62,933 nt of DNA, from the NCBI GenBank assembly GCA_001724265.1, contig MEDY01000145.1, positions 1 through 62,933 on the forward strand, written 5' to 3'. Both the position numbers and the translations under genes were made by a program. Source of the stretch: Rhizaria sp. SCN 62-66. Its lineage: Eukaryota. Below are positions 47,801 through 59,239 of the stretch, in pieces. How positions within the stretch are numbered: the first letter of the stretch is position 1; every line of letters starts with the position of its first letter. The notes below the pieces were generated by a model, which ran no database searches, was not told the origin of the DNA, and was given only the letters and a program-made list of their open reading frames with translations.

Positions 47801-50800
47801 CAGCACGCATAGTCTCGAGCGCAGCTTCCGCAGCAGCTGCCTCGGCACGCGCAGCCTCTGCCTCATCAAGCGCGTGCTCAGTGTCCAGGTGCGCGCTTTC
47901 AATCTCGGCACGCGCAGCCTCAGCAGCCGCCTGAAAGGTGTGCACTTCTGCACGCGCGGACTCCAGCTCCGCGCGGGAGGCTTGGGCATCAGCACGGGCG
48001 GCCTCGACGTCGGCCAACACTGCAGCAAATGCAGACTCGGCTGGAGCAGCATTCATGCGGTCCGTCAACTCGGCAACCATGTGCTCAAGTTCATGAACGC
48101 GAGCAGCCGAAGACTCAGCCCGCTCAGCCTCAGCATCAGCGCGCTGTTTAGCTGCACTAAGCTGATGCTCCGCAAGCTCAAGTGCAGCCGCAGCAGCTGC
48201 GCGCGCTGCTTCGTATTGCGCAACCTCGGCGCGCGCTGCAACAACTTCCGCTTCACGGGCGGCACCCTCAGTCCGCAAAAGGTCAGCGGATGCAGTCGCT
48301 TCAGCGACCTCCTGGCGCGCGGATGCAAGAGCGGTGTGCGCATCTGCGTGACGGCTCTCCCAGAGCACAAGCTGCGCATTGAACGCCTCAAAGCGGTCTT
48401 CGAGCTCACTCGCGCGGTCCTCAGCCTCTTGCGCGCGCCGCTCAGCAGCAAGCGCACGGGTGGTCACCTCCTGTACAGCAGTCGCTTCACGCCGATGGGC
48501 CTCATCGAGTTTCTCATTCAGCTCGCCCGATTGCAGCAGAGACTGTCGCAGCGCAGCCAAGTCTTCCTCCCATTGGCGCTCGCGCTCAACGGTCTCCTCG
48601 GCGACCGCGGCGACTGCAGCGGCGTTCGCAGAAGCCGCGCTCTCCTCAGCCGCGTCGGCGCGCGCAACCGCTACGGATAGCGCAGACTCAGCGTCACGCA
48701 AGCTGCGTGTTGCAGCTTCGAGTGCTCTCTCAGTGCTTGCAAGCTTCGCTTTAAGGGGAGCCTCGGCATTAGCCGTGGCATTCGCAACAGCGACTCTAGA
48801 GGCAGACCGCTCGCGTTCCACTGCTGCGGCGACTGCGGCAGACTGAGCGGCCTCGGTGCGGCGTTCGGCGGCTGCCACAGCATCTCGAGTCGCCTCGGCC
48901 TCAGCGTCGCCGCGGGTGCGCGCGGCCTCAACCTCACTGCGGGCGCGTCGTTCAGCGGCGCACGCGCGAGCAACCTCCTCTCTGGCGCGAGCAGCGGCCT
49001 CGGCAGCCTCTTCGCGCGCGACCACAGCAGCACGCTCCGCAGCCGCAACCGAGTCCGCGGCGCGCCGGGCCTCGCGGCGCAGAGCAGTGCAGCGCTCCTC
49101 GCTCGCGCGCGACGCGCCGTCAGCGGCAGCCAGTGCAGCTGCAAGACGCGAGACCTCGGCACGCAAGACAGCAACGAGAGCATCATTGTTATTGCTTTCG
49201 TCAACGGCTGCAACCTCACTGGGGCGTCCTGTTGTTGTCACGGTGTTGTTCACGACAGTAGGTGCAGCTGCGGGCTGAAGCGTGGACGGGAGTTGGGCAG
49301 GGGGCATCATCACAGCAGCGTGTGCAGCAGCATGCAGAGCACGCTCCCGCTCGCGCTCTGCCGCGCGCTCCTCACGGGCCGCAACGGCGCACTCGCGCTC
49401 ACGCAAGGCTCGCTCCGCAGACGCGATCTCATCTTTACGGGCCCGTAAAGAGTCCTCCGCGCGCGCGGCCGCTGCAGCACGCTCGCCAGCAGCGTGCTCC
49501 GCATCCCGTGCCGCGGCCTCACGTGCGCCTGCCGCGCTCTCGCGGGTCGCAGCGGTGCTCTCGCGCGCGGCTGCGGCGGCCTCGCGCTCCCCTGCCGCGG
49601 CCGCGCGCGCGGCAACGGCGGCGGCGCGGGCAGCCGTGTCAGCCTCGAGCGCCCGGGCAGCGGCCGCGGCGTCTGTGTCTGCGTCGCGCGCCGCGGTCTC
49701 CCGGGCTGCCACTGCGCGCTCGCGCTCGCTCAGCAGCTGCGCCCGGTCCCGAGCGGCCTGCTCGCGGTCAGTCACCGCCCGGTCCCGGTCGTCGGCGCGC
49801 TGTTCGCGCTCAGCCGCCGCGCGCTCACGCTCGCTCGCCGCGCGCGTGGCGTCCAGCGCGACGCGCTCGCGGTCGACGGCGGCGCGCTCACGGTCGCTCG
49901 CGGCGGAGTCCTTCTCTGCAGACGTGCGCTCACGCTCGCCCAGCGCACGCTCGCGGTCGGCGGCACTGCGTTCACGCTCGCTCGCGGCGCGATCACGGTC
50001 GCCTAGCGCCCGCTCGGCCGTTGCGAGTGCGCGTTCGCGTTCGTTGACGGCACGCTCTCGGTCGCTCAGAGCAGCAGCATCAACCGCGATCGCGGCGGCG
50101 TCAGCGGCGACAGCGGCAGCGGCTGCAGGGACAGACGCGGCAACGCGGCGCGCGTCTGCATATGCTGTCGCCGCGGCGGCTGCGGAGGCGGCGGCAGCTG
50201 CAGCGGCTGTGTTCGCGGCAGTGGCTGCTGCACGCGCGCCCGGTGGGGTCACTGCAACCGCTGGCGCGGGCGCGGGCGCAGGCGCAGGTGCAACACTTTG
50301 TGTTGCGACTCTCGCAGCACCCGCGGCCCTGCGTGCAGGCGTCGGGTCGTACGCGTACTGCTGCAGCAGCGAGAGGTCGCCGGCGTCGGGCGCGATAGTG
50401 TCACGCACGGCTGCGTATGCGCGCGCACGGGAGAAGTCAAGCTCGAGCGCGTCGACGATGGCGGCGGTCGCGGCCGCAGACTCTGCCGAGGCCGCAGCGG
50501 CAGCGGCAACGGGGGTGTACGCAGCAGGTGTCGGTGGCAACGGCTGCGGCTGATGAGAGTGCAGGGGTTCAGCATCACGGTGCAGAGAGCCACCGGTGCT
50601 TAGCCTGCCACGTGGATACGGGTTGGGCTCAAACGAGATGTACAACCCGGAAGGCTCCTTGCTCCCGCCTACTGCGTCAAAGGTGCGGGCCGAGGGAGTG
50701 TGGTTAGAGCCGGATAACAGCCTGTTCGAATACACGGGCTGTGCAGTAGAGCCCCGCGCTGCTGGCACGGGGGCATCCGCAGCAGCAGCGACCAGCGCTG

Positions 50801-51347
50801 AGACAGAGGCGGAGGCCGAGCCGGCGGCGGGAGGCTGCGCAGGGGAAGGAGTGAAGCGCGGCGTTTGCGTCGGCGTGAGCCCGACGGCGCGGAACGACGG
50901 CCGCAGCAGCAGCGATGCGTCCAGCGACACGGCGGGCGACGTAGTAAGCGTGGGTGAGTGCGTGGGCAACGCGGCACTCGAGCTAGACGCTGACGATGTC
51001 GTAGGTGCGGGCGTAGTGGGCGTGATGAAGTGCGAGTAGTGCCCCGTTCCAGCAGCTCCGGGCGCGGACGCCGGGGCGGCGACGGATGGCGTGAACATAG
51101 GCGTAAAACGCGCGGGGGCGCGGGGTGGAGACGGCGGCCCGTAGTAAACGCCGCGGGGTACTGTCGAAGTCACAGAGGCGCTGGTGGTCACGGGAGCCGT
51201 CAGCGGCGTCGGCGGAGTAAAGAGTGAAGGCCGCAAGGCGGCAGACCCTGTGGTGGAAGTTGGCGCAAGGCGAGATGATTTCGCAGGTACCACCGCCGGG
51301 GACACATAAGGATCCCGATACGGGTAAAACTGCGAGTTCAGATCCAT
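41828..51347 (-). CDS. Giant (about 3100 aa) Ala/Glu/Arg-rich coiled-coil protein; exons 51347-43572, 43459-43284, 43178-41828
   Basis: 7.8-kb first exon with long heptad periodicity. Two GTACG...TAG introns join three ORFs in frame (VRE|QEH and LQK|WRM). Stop TAA. Confidence 0.8.
49707..50063 (-). repeat. About 17 tandem 21-nt (7-aa) repeats, consensus [DE]RERA[AVL]x
   Basis: DRERAVN ERERALA TAERALG DRDRAAS ERERSAA DRERALG ... ERERAVA. Confidence 0.85.
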
Positions 51348-51936
51348 GGCGCGAGCGGGACGCGGCCTGGGAAACAGCGCGTGGAAAGAAAGGACAACGC
51401 GGTAGCTAGGCTGTCAATAAAATATCGAGCTGTTGGTGTCAAGAAAGCGATAAGAGTAGAAGTGGTGTGTTAATAGTAAGTAAATGAAAATATCTAACAA
51501 TATCTGAAGTCGATATTGCTAACAGTCGAGTTGCCACAGCGTGGTGAGCAGCCGAAAGTGTTCGGAGGGTCACGGAGAGACAATGAACTCGTAGTGACTT
51601 CGATTCGATATAACATTTGCCCCACACCGTCCACACCAACATATTTTAAATATGATAGGCCGCAGATACGGTTCGGTATGTACAAAAGATAAGAATACAA
51701 CTCTACGATATTAATAGATCTTGCTATCAAATAATAGACTCAGTTTGCGAGCCAAGTTTGAAATTCGCTCCCTGACTTCATCATCACTTCCACTATACCG
51801 ACGCTTCTTTCATGCAATATATCATATCAGTTCAGTTGGCATCGATAGGAACGGAACAAAAACGGTTCATGGGGGAAATAAAACTGTATACAAGTTATCT
51901 TAAATTATTACTATGTCGATCTATAAAAAAGCGTGT

Positions 51937-54900
51937 TTAATCCACTTCCTCCTCTCCGAAGTCGCCGTCGTACGGCAACACCTGCGACCCCGACGCCTGC
52001 TGATCCAGCGCCGACGCCAGCGCCTGCGTCCGCACCGCGGTCCGCAGCGGCGCCATCAGCGCGGGCAGTTCAGCTTGGAACGCCGCGCCGACGCGCGCCG
52101 CCCGCGACCGCTGTTGTTGCGGGCCCGCACGCCCCGTAGTCATCGCCGTTACAGAGTATGCAGTGCTCGGACTGCCGCCGTCGCCCGTGCCAGTCGCGCC
52201 TGCCGTCAGCGCAAGGCGGGCCGCACGGCGCCGCGCCTCCGCCGCCGGGTCCAGCCACATGCGCGGGCCGCACATCTCGCCGCTGCCGCTCTGCACGCCG
52301 CCACGGCCCGCGCCCGTGCGGTCGCTTTGACCGGCCATCAAGGTGTTGTTGCCCGCGTTGTGGCCGCGATGGCCGCTGCTGTTGCTGCTGATGTTGTGGT
52401 GGTAGCCAAACGCGGGGGCAACGAGCTCTCGCGCGGCGGCGCGCGCGCGCAGCATGCCGGCACGCGTGGCCGCCGCGCCCGCAACCACAGCGGGGTCGGA
52501 GTCGGCAGAAGACTGTTGCTCGGTGCCGTTGATGCGGCTGTGGCCAGGCTGAGAGCGGGCGCTTGTGGCGGCCGCGGCGGCGGCGGCGGCGGCCGCAGCG
52601 GCACGCAGCACGGCCGCGTCGTCTTCATGGTCATCCTCGCAGTCCCGGTCAGCGGGGCCTTTGCCACCAGTGTGAGCCGGACTGTGACTCGGACCGTGAC
52701 CGTGACCGTGACCGTGGACGCGAGGGGGCAGGGAGAGCAAAGAGCGCGCGGAGCGGTAGTACGGGTTCTCAGGGCGGTAAAACGGCATCACGCTGCCGTG
52801 GCCTCTCGAGCCGCGACCATGAGCGGAGTGACCGTGAGCGGAGTGAGTGTGAGCAGTAGGACTGTTCGTGGCCAAGAACTCATCGCCAGAGCCAGCATCA
52901 TCGTCCTTGCCGTTGCTCGCAGCAACGAGCCGTGAGCGTTTCACTGACGGACCGCCATGCTGACCTTCAGCGGAGTGATTGAGGGTGGAGTGACCGTGAG
53001 CGGAGTGACCGTGCCCAGCGTAGGCGTCGTCGTCCGATGACCCCGCGTCGCGGCCCTGGAGGATGGCCTCGACGTCGGACGCGAAGAGCGCATCATACCG
53101 GTCCGAGTCGGAGCTGTGCCACGACGACGCAGACTCGTCCGAAGCCGCCGCCTCGCTGTCATCGTGACTGTCGCCCGCGCTGTCGACATCGCCAGCAGCG
53201 GCGCCACTGTGGGTGCGCTTCTGCTGACCGCGACTGCGAGAGCGTTTGTGACCGTGAATGCGGGGTTTGCGACTTGTGTCGTCATCTGTAGTTTCGTAGT
53301 CCGCGGAGCTGTCCTTGCTGTCCTCGCTCTCACTGCTCAAAGCACGGCGGTACACGATCGCACTGTTCGTGGCCGCGACAGACTTCGGCTTCGCAGCCGC
53401 CACCGCAGCCTTCTCCCTCCTCGCCCGAGGCGCCGCGCCAGCGCCGCTAGGGCCGGCGCCAGTGGGAGACTCTGCAGCATCGCCGCCGATGCGGCCGTGC
53501 TGAGCGCGCGCGCGCGGCGGAGGCGGCTCGAGTCCCGCGGCGAGGAACCTGATGCTGCGCGGCACGCGCTGCTTGGCCGCGACGAGGGAGGCGGCAATGC
53601 CGCGGGCGCGCGCGGTGGACAGCGCGCGGCGGGCCGCGGCCGAGGGCGACGGCGGGCCTGCAGCCGTCGCGGCGGCAGCGAGCGCCGAGGACGACGACGG
53701 CGTCGGGTTCGAGTGCAGGATGCGCGACTCGGAGGAGGAGTTCGGGCTTGATCGAGAATGTGACAACTGTGACTGAGTGACATGGGTCTGCGCGTGTGTG
53801 TGCGCGCGTGCATGTGGGTGAGTGGCGTCGTAGTCGCTGTCGAAATCACTCGAGCAGTGCACTTGTGCATACTCGAACGAGTCGTCGCCGCATTCATCAT
53901 CCTCGTTATCTTCGTCTTCATTGTCGTCTTCGTCTTCGTTCTCTGTGTCGCGGTGGACGCCATCGTCGCCTGTCGTGTCGTCCACGTCCAACTGGGCAGG
54001 CTCAGAGGGCTGCAGCATCGTAGGCGGTGGCGGCAACGGCGCAGGGCCCGTCTTCCCGCCGTCGTCGCGCCCCGCCTCACTACTATGGGCGGGGTGCGGT
54101 GAGAGCGACCGCAGCGCGACGCCCGACGAAGCCTGCGGCAGCAGCGACAGATTCGAGGCCGAGGACTCGCACGAGCTCACCGCGGCATCAGACCACAGTG
54201 CGTCAGACTGTGCCGAGTGGGACTGCGCCAAGTCGGCGCCGCGCAGCACGGGGATGCACGCGTGGGCGACTCGGACGGCCTCGGTTGTAGCCTCGGTCGC
54301 CGTCCCCGTCGCCGTCAGCACGACACTGTCATGGAGGGAGCTGTTGGGCGACGCGGGGACGACGACCGCGGAGTCCGTAGTGAAGCCAACCGGGAGCGCT
54401 ACTGGCGGCGGCCGCTGCAGCGCCGGGATGCTCAGACTCACCTCAGACTGGGCATTTGACTGGGAATGAGACTGCGAGTGTAACCGTGACTGCGGCTTAG
54501 AGTGGGGGTTCACGCCAGAGGCACTGCGAGACATGAGTCTACTTGCTGTGCCACTAACTGTCCCGCTTACTGTGCCGCTGGCAGTACCGCTGACAGTACC
54601 GCTGACAGTACCGCTGACTGTCCCGCTGACTGTCCCGCTGTGAACGTTTGAGCCAGGCCCGGACGTGACATCATCAATGTCACACATCACTTGCTGATGC
54701 TGCGATAACTTGATATCTGTGTGTGTTCGTGTCTGTGTGTCGGTGCGAGGAGCTGACGCGAGGGTTAGGGAGGGGTCAGCATGGTCACCGGCATGGGCCT
54801 CCCACCCGCGTTTAAACCGACGCCGCCGACACTCTTCCCACTCCTCCCACCGGCTCCAGCGCCGTCACCGCCACCCTCACCGTCACCGGTGCGAGGGCTG

Positions 54901-55917
54901 TCGCCATCGCCGTCAGCCTCACTGGCGCCCGCAGAGTCGCCCCCCACCTAGTCCTTGCCGCTCCCGGCGCTCCCGCCGCTGTCGGCGGTGCTGCTGGTGC
55001 TGCCGCTGGGGTGGGGCTCCAGCGGCGCTACTACCACCGCAGCCGTCGGGCTCACCGACGACGCGCGCGAAGCGCCGGGCGGACCCCCGCCCGCGGCCCC
55101 AGTAGCTGCAGCAGTGGCGGCGTCTGACATGAGCAGACTGCGCCCTCCCGCGGTGCCGCTCCCAGGCCCCGCCGTCGCGGAGTGACCGTGAGCAGCGGCA
55201 GAGTGACCGTGGGCAGCGGCTGGGTGACCGTGAGCCAGTGCGCCGCCGCCGGGCACCGCGGGGTGACCGTGGGCGTGACCGTGGGCGTGGACGCCGAACG
55301 CGGCGCCGGCGAGGCTGCGGCCCTTGGCTCCCGCGGCAGCCGCGGCGGAGGAGGCGGCGGCGGCGGCGGTCGCGGCGGCGTGCGCGGCCTGGGCGGCGGC
55401 CACGGCGGCCGAGCCGTACGTCGGCGCATCGCCACCCTGCAGATGCTGCTGCTGTTGCTGCTGCTGCGACAATTGCTGTTTGTGATACTGGGCGGCGCCG
55501 GCGACAGTGACTGTGGGTGCGGCCGCAGCGGACAGCAGGGGGGACCCGACCCGCGAGACGCCGCTGCTGTTGACCGCAGAAAAGCCCGGAGTGGGCGCCG
55601 GGCGCATGTTCGGGCTCGCTGCTGCCGACGACAGCCGCGACGCGCCGGCACCAGTCGCAGACCCGGTGCTGAGCCGCGGGGCCGCGCCGCCCCCCGCGGC
55701 GTGGAGCAGCGGGCCCGCGCGCGGCGACATGGCGACGGTGGCGGCCGCGCGCTGCAGCGAGGCGAAGACGGGCGAGTCGCAGATGGCGAGCGCAACCGCC
55801 AGCGCGGGATCGACGTGCGCCAGCCGCGCGTCGAGGCTGCCGCTGCCGGTGGCGGGGCCGCTGGTCGTCGCGGCGGCCACGGCGGCGGCAGACGGCAGCG
55901 ACGGGTCCCCGGCCGTC

Positions 55918-55949
<32 letters not shown>

Positions 55950-57985
55950 CGATGGTGGCAGCGGCAGCGGGCGGTGCGCCACCACAAAGGGCTCCGCCGT
56001 CCCGCTCGCCGCTGTGGCGGCGGCGGTGGCGGTGGCGGCGCGGCAGGCGGGCGGCGAGGTGCCCACGCCGGCGGGGTCGTCGGCGCCGGAGCGGTTCACC
56101 AGGCTTAGCGCCGTCACCGGGGACCCGCCGCGGGCTGTCGTGGCACCGGTGGCCGTGGCGGCGCCGGCGGCGGCGTTAGAGGTCGCGAACGACGACGACG
56201 CCGAGGACGACGACGACGAGGTCGCCGCAGAGGGCGGGCCAGACGCGGCGGCGCCGTTCGCGGGGCCCAGGTGGAAGTGCTCGCTGTGGCTCTGCGGCCC
56301 GTGCCCCGCGGTGCCAACGGCGGCCTTGAAGGGGCCCAGACTGGCGCTGGCGGCCGCGCTCGCAGGGCCGCTACCGCAACTCGCGCTGGCGACCGTGGGC
56401 GTCGCGCGCGTCGCCGCAGAACCCACGGCGCCCGCGGCGGCGCGCGCGGGGCCGAACTGGCCCGAGTGACCGTGGGCGGCGGAGGCGCTGTTGTGCACTG
56501 CGCTACTATGCACGGCGCCGGGGATCGAGTTGAGGGACTCCACGGCCGCGCGCAGCCCCGGCGAGAGGCCCAGCCCCTTGCCGTACGCCGCGGCTCTGCC
56601 GGCGGGGGCGCCGGAAGCCACGGCGGCGGCCGCGGCGACAGCGGCGGCGGGGGTCAGCCCGGCCGCGGGGCCGCGCGGCGGGGACCGGAGCGGCACGCCA
56701 TGCAGCGCCGTCGCGGGCACCGCGGCCGCGGTCAGCAGCGCGGACGCGGGGCCGTCACCGTGGTTCGGTCCGGCGCCCGCCGCAGCGCCCGCGGCCGCGC
56801 CCGCGGCGGCTGTCGAGGTGGAGACGGCGGACTTCTGCTGCAGCAGGTGCGACTTGTGGACATTTGCGGCGCGCGCGATGTCGTTGGAGATGAGCACGGA
56901 GAGGTGCTGGTCGATCATGATACGCGAACGCGTCGCCGACAGCGTCGCCGCGGCCGCGCTCTCGGTCTCACTGCACAGCGCCGGCGCAGCCTCCGCAACA
57001 GCATCACCGGCACCGCCAGTGGCAGCGCCAGATGCCGAGTCAGCAGCGGGGGCCGAGTTGGCGGCCAGACAGGGCGAAGCCGCCGCAGAGACGACCGAGG
57101 ACCGTGATGGGTGACCGTGGGCAGCGGGGTGGCCGTGGCAGTGGGCTGCGGCGTGACTGTGGGCAGAGAGCATCACAGAGCCCACATCCAGAGGCGGCGG
57201 CGCGGGCATCGCCACCGTCGGCCCAGCGGCGCCGGCCCCCGCGTCCCTACTATGGGACGCCCCGAGGTCGAGCGGCTGCAGACCGGGGGACACGGAGCCG
57301 CGCCGGCTGTTGCCGCGGCTGCCGTTGTTATTGCTGCCGGTTAGCGGGCCCAGCTTCGGCGACATCGAGGCCAGCATCGCCAGGTCCGACAGGGCCTGTG
57401 TACCCATGAGTACCGGCGGTACAGCGCTTGCCGCAGTACCGCCAGTGTTATTGGTATTGGTGCTGCGGCGGCGCTGCGCCGCCGTGCCGTGGCCATTGCC
57501 ATGGCCGTGGCCGTGGCCGTGGACGTGGCCGTGGCCGTGGCCGTGGCCGCCGGGCAGCAGCGGCGGCGACGCGGCGCCCGCTGCGGCCGCGGCGGGGCGC
57601 AGGTGTGGCGAAGTCACTCGGCTCACGGCGCGACTGCCGCCGCGAGAGCCGGCGGCGGCGGCGCCGGGGGCCGTGGCGGCGCCGACGGCGGGCGACTGCT
57701 GCTGCGACGCACCCGCGGAGGACCCCGCGGCCACGGCGGCCGCCAGCGATTCGGAGCGCTCGGAGGCCGAGTTGGCCGTGAAGGACTGCGTGTGTGCGCG
57801 CTTCGGCCGCGACCGCGCCAGCCCCGGCTCGGTGCTGACAGCGGCGGCGCCGGCGGTGGTTGCCGAGGAGGGCGGCGAGGGGGACAGAGGGGAGAGCAGA
57901 GCGGCGTCGGCGCCGGCGTCGGTGCCGGTTTCGGCGTCGGGGGGGATCGTGTCGCCGCCGGCGTCGGCAGTGGCAGTGGTAGACT

Positions 57986-58023
<38 letters not shown>

Positions 58024-58214
58024 GCGCGGGATGAAGCAAGCTTGGTGCGCTTGGCGGGGGCCGAGGAGGGCGAGATGGGGCTGGCAAAGCCATCAGGCGA
58101 CACGGGCGTCGCCGCGGGCGTGGCGGGCTTGTCGGTCGGCGAGGCGAGGCCGGAGGCGGCGGCGGCGGAGGCGGCAGCGCGGGCGCGACCGCGGCCACGG
58201 CCACGGGACGACAT
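51937..58214 (-). CDS. Low-complexity protein with C-terminal ELM2-like motif, encoded in two frames: frame 0 58214-54765 (in-frame TAG 54950-54948) and -1 frame 54810-51937; predicted frameshift product about 2092 aa
   Basis: Two long GC-rich ORFs overlap by about 100 nt with no AT-rich intergenic gap. Both carry AHGH[SP] motifs. C-terminal ARVGAAFQAELP matches the ELM2 start motif (I-R-V-G-x2-[YF]-Q-A-x-[IL]-P). Start is uncertain because the frame is open to about 58379. Confidence 0.7.
54544..54639 (-). repeat. 8 x 12-nt coding tandem repeat (SGTV/SGTA)
   Basis: SGTVSGTVSGTVSGTVSGTASGTVSGTVSGTA, with mostly synonymous third-position variation in the -1 frame. Confidence 0.9.
54752..54816 (-). 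other. Candidate -1 programmed ribosomal frameshift element (U_UUA_AAC, 6-nt spacer, H-type pseudoknot)
   Basis: Minus strand reads GGT TTA AAC gcgggt GGGAGG cccatgccggtgaccat GCTGAC c CCTCCC taaccctcgc GTCAGC. Stem 1 is 54803-54798 with 54773-54768; stem 2 is 54780-54775 with 54757-54752. A -1 slip enters the 957-codon downstream frame. Confidence 0.7.
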
Positions 58215-59239
58215 CAACAGCGGGGTAGGCGGGGACGACGGAGGAGGCTGAGTCCGGCAGTGAGGCGGAGAGAGGGGTGGAGAGTGGGACGGCGACCCAG
58301 GCGGCGACGGAGATACGGAGGGCCGTACGCGGGGCGGGAAGCCGCTGGCTGGCGGGTTTAGAGGCGCTGGGTACGGTTCTAGGATAATGTCAAGGTTTTG
58401 GAGTATATCTTAGCAACAGATCTGTGTGAGCAAAAGAATTTGGGGGAGAGAATGGACAGAGAGTGTGAGAAAATGCGATGAAGGAGTCGTTGGCTGATGA
58501 CGTCGCAGAGCACCGTCAGAAGCAGGCGTACGGCATGGCAACAAATGAGCGAACAGCGCGTGGTCAACAGTCTAAGTGGAATGGCGCAACAGAATCTTAT
58601 GCGACCAGTAATGCCCTGTCAAATGGACATGGCACGTCACAACGGAACGCTGCAAAGAGGATCCGGTCGCCGAAGTTTTGCGACGCGCCATTTCAAAATG
58701 TGCATATGCGCAGAGAATATACGCCCTAAAACAGGCGTTCAAGCTGGCACCGCAACTCCTCACAAGAGACACATATGCTCATCCAGGTCATCATGCGGAA
58801 TTAAAACGAACGACCGAGTAATTTCAAAAGATTCGCGAAGAGAGCGCACTCTCTGGCGTGATCTGTCTCTGCTTCACAAGATCCGACGAACTAAAGCACG
58901 GGGAGTCCTATCGACAGAACCTCCAAGTATTGGATATATGAAACTTTAAGACGTAAACTGAGTAAACAAATCTTTAAATGTGCAGAAACATGCGTCTCGG
59001 CCGTGACAAGTTCTCATAAAGTCCGATTACATGAACGGGTCTCGTTGTTGTGGTGGAGCAGCAGTTTAGGTTCGCAAAAATTGGGGCGGATCACGAATTC
59101 GCGAATCTCGACCTCAGATTAGCATCATATTCTCCACATCTGCATCGTTGATAGCGCTCATATCAATATCAAGGTGTATTTCGCTCACATGTCCATTTGG
59201 TGCCATTGTTTTATTTTCTTAGAAGTTGCATTCTACTGA

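Noticed and set aside
8093-54950. Pyrrolysine or context-programmed readthrough as the explanation for the TAGs
   Set aside because: No shared 3' motif such as CARYYA. The sites are scattered in unrelated genes and mostly non-catalytic regions, and pyrrolysine is not known in eukaryotes.
51937-58214. Endogenous virus or retrotransposon explanation for the frameshift locus
   Set aside because: No gag zinc knuckle, protease, RT, integrase or RdRp motifs and no LTRs or TIRs seen; composition matches neighbouring host genes.
2956-58251. Hundreds of long antisense and alternate-frame ORFs (e.g. 2956-4377, 29617-31350, 49282-50553)
   Set aside because: Expected shadows of GC3-rich, Ala-rich genes, with no independent motifs.
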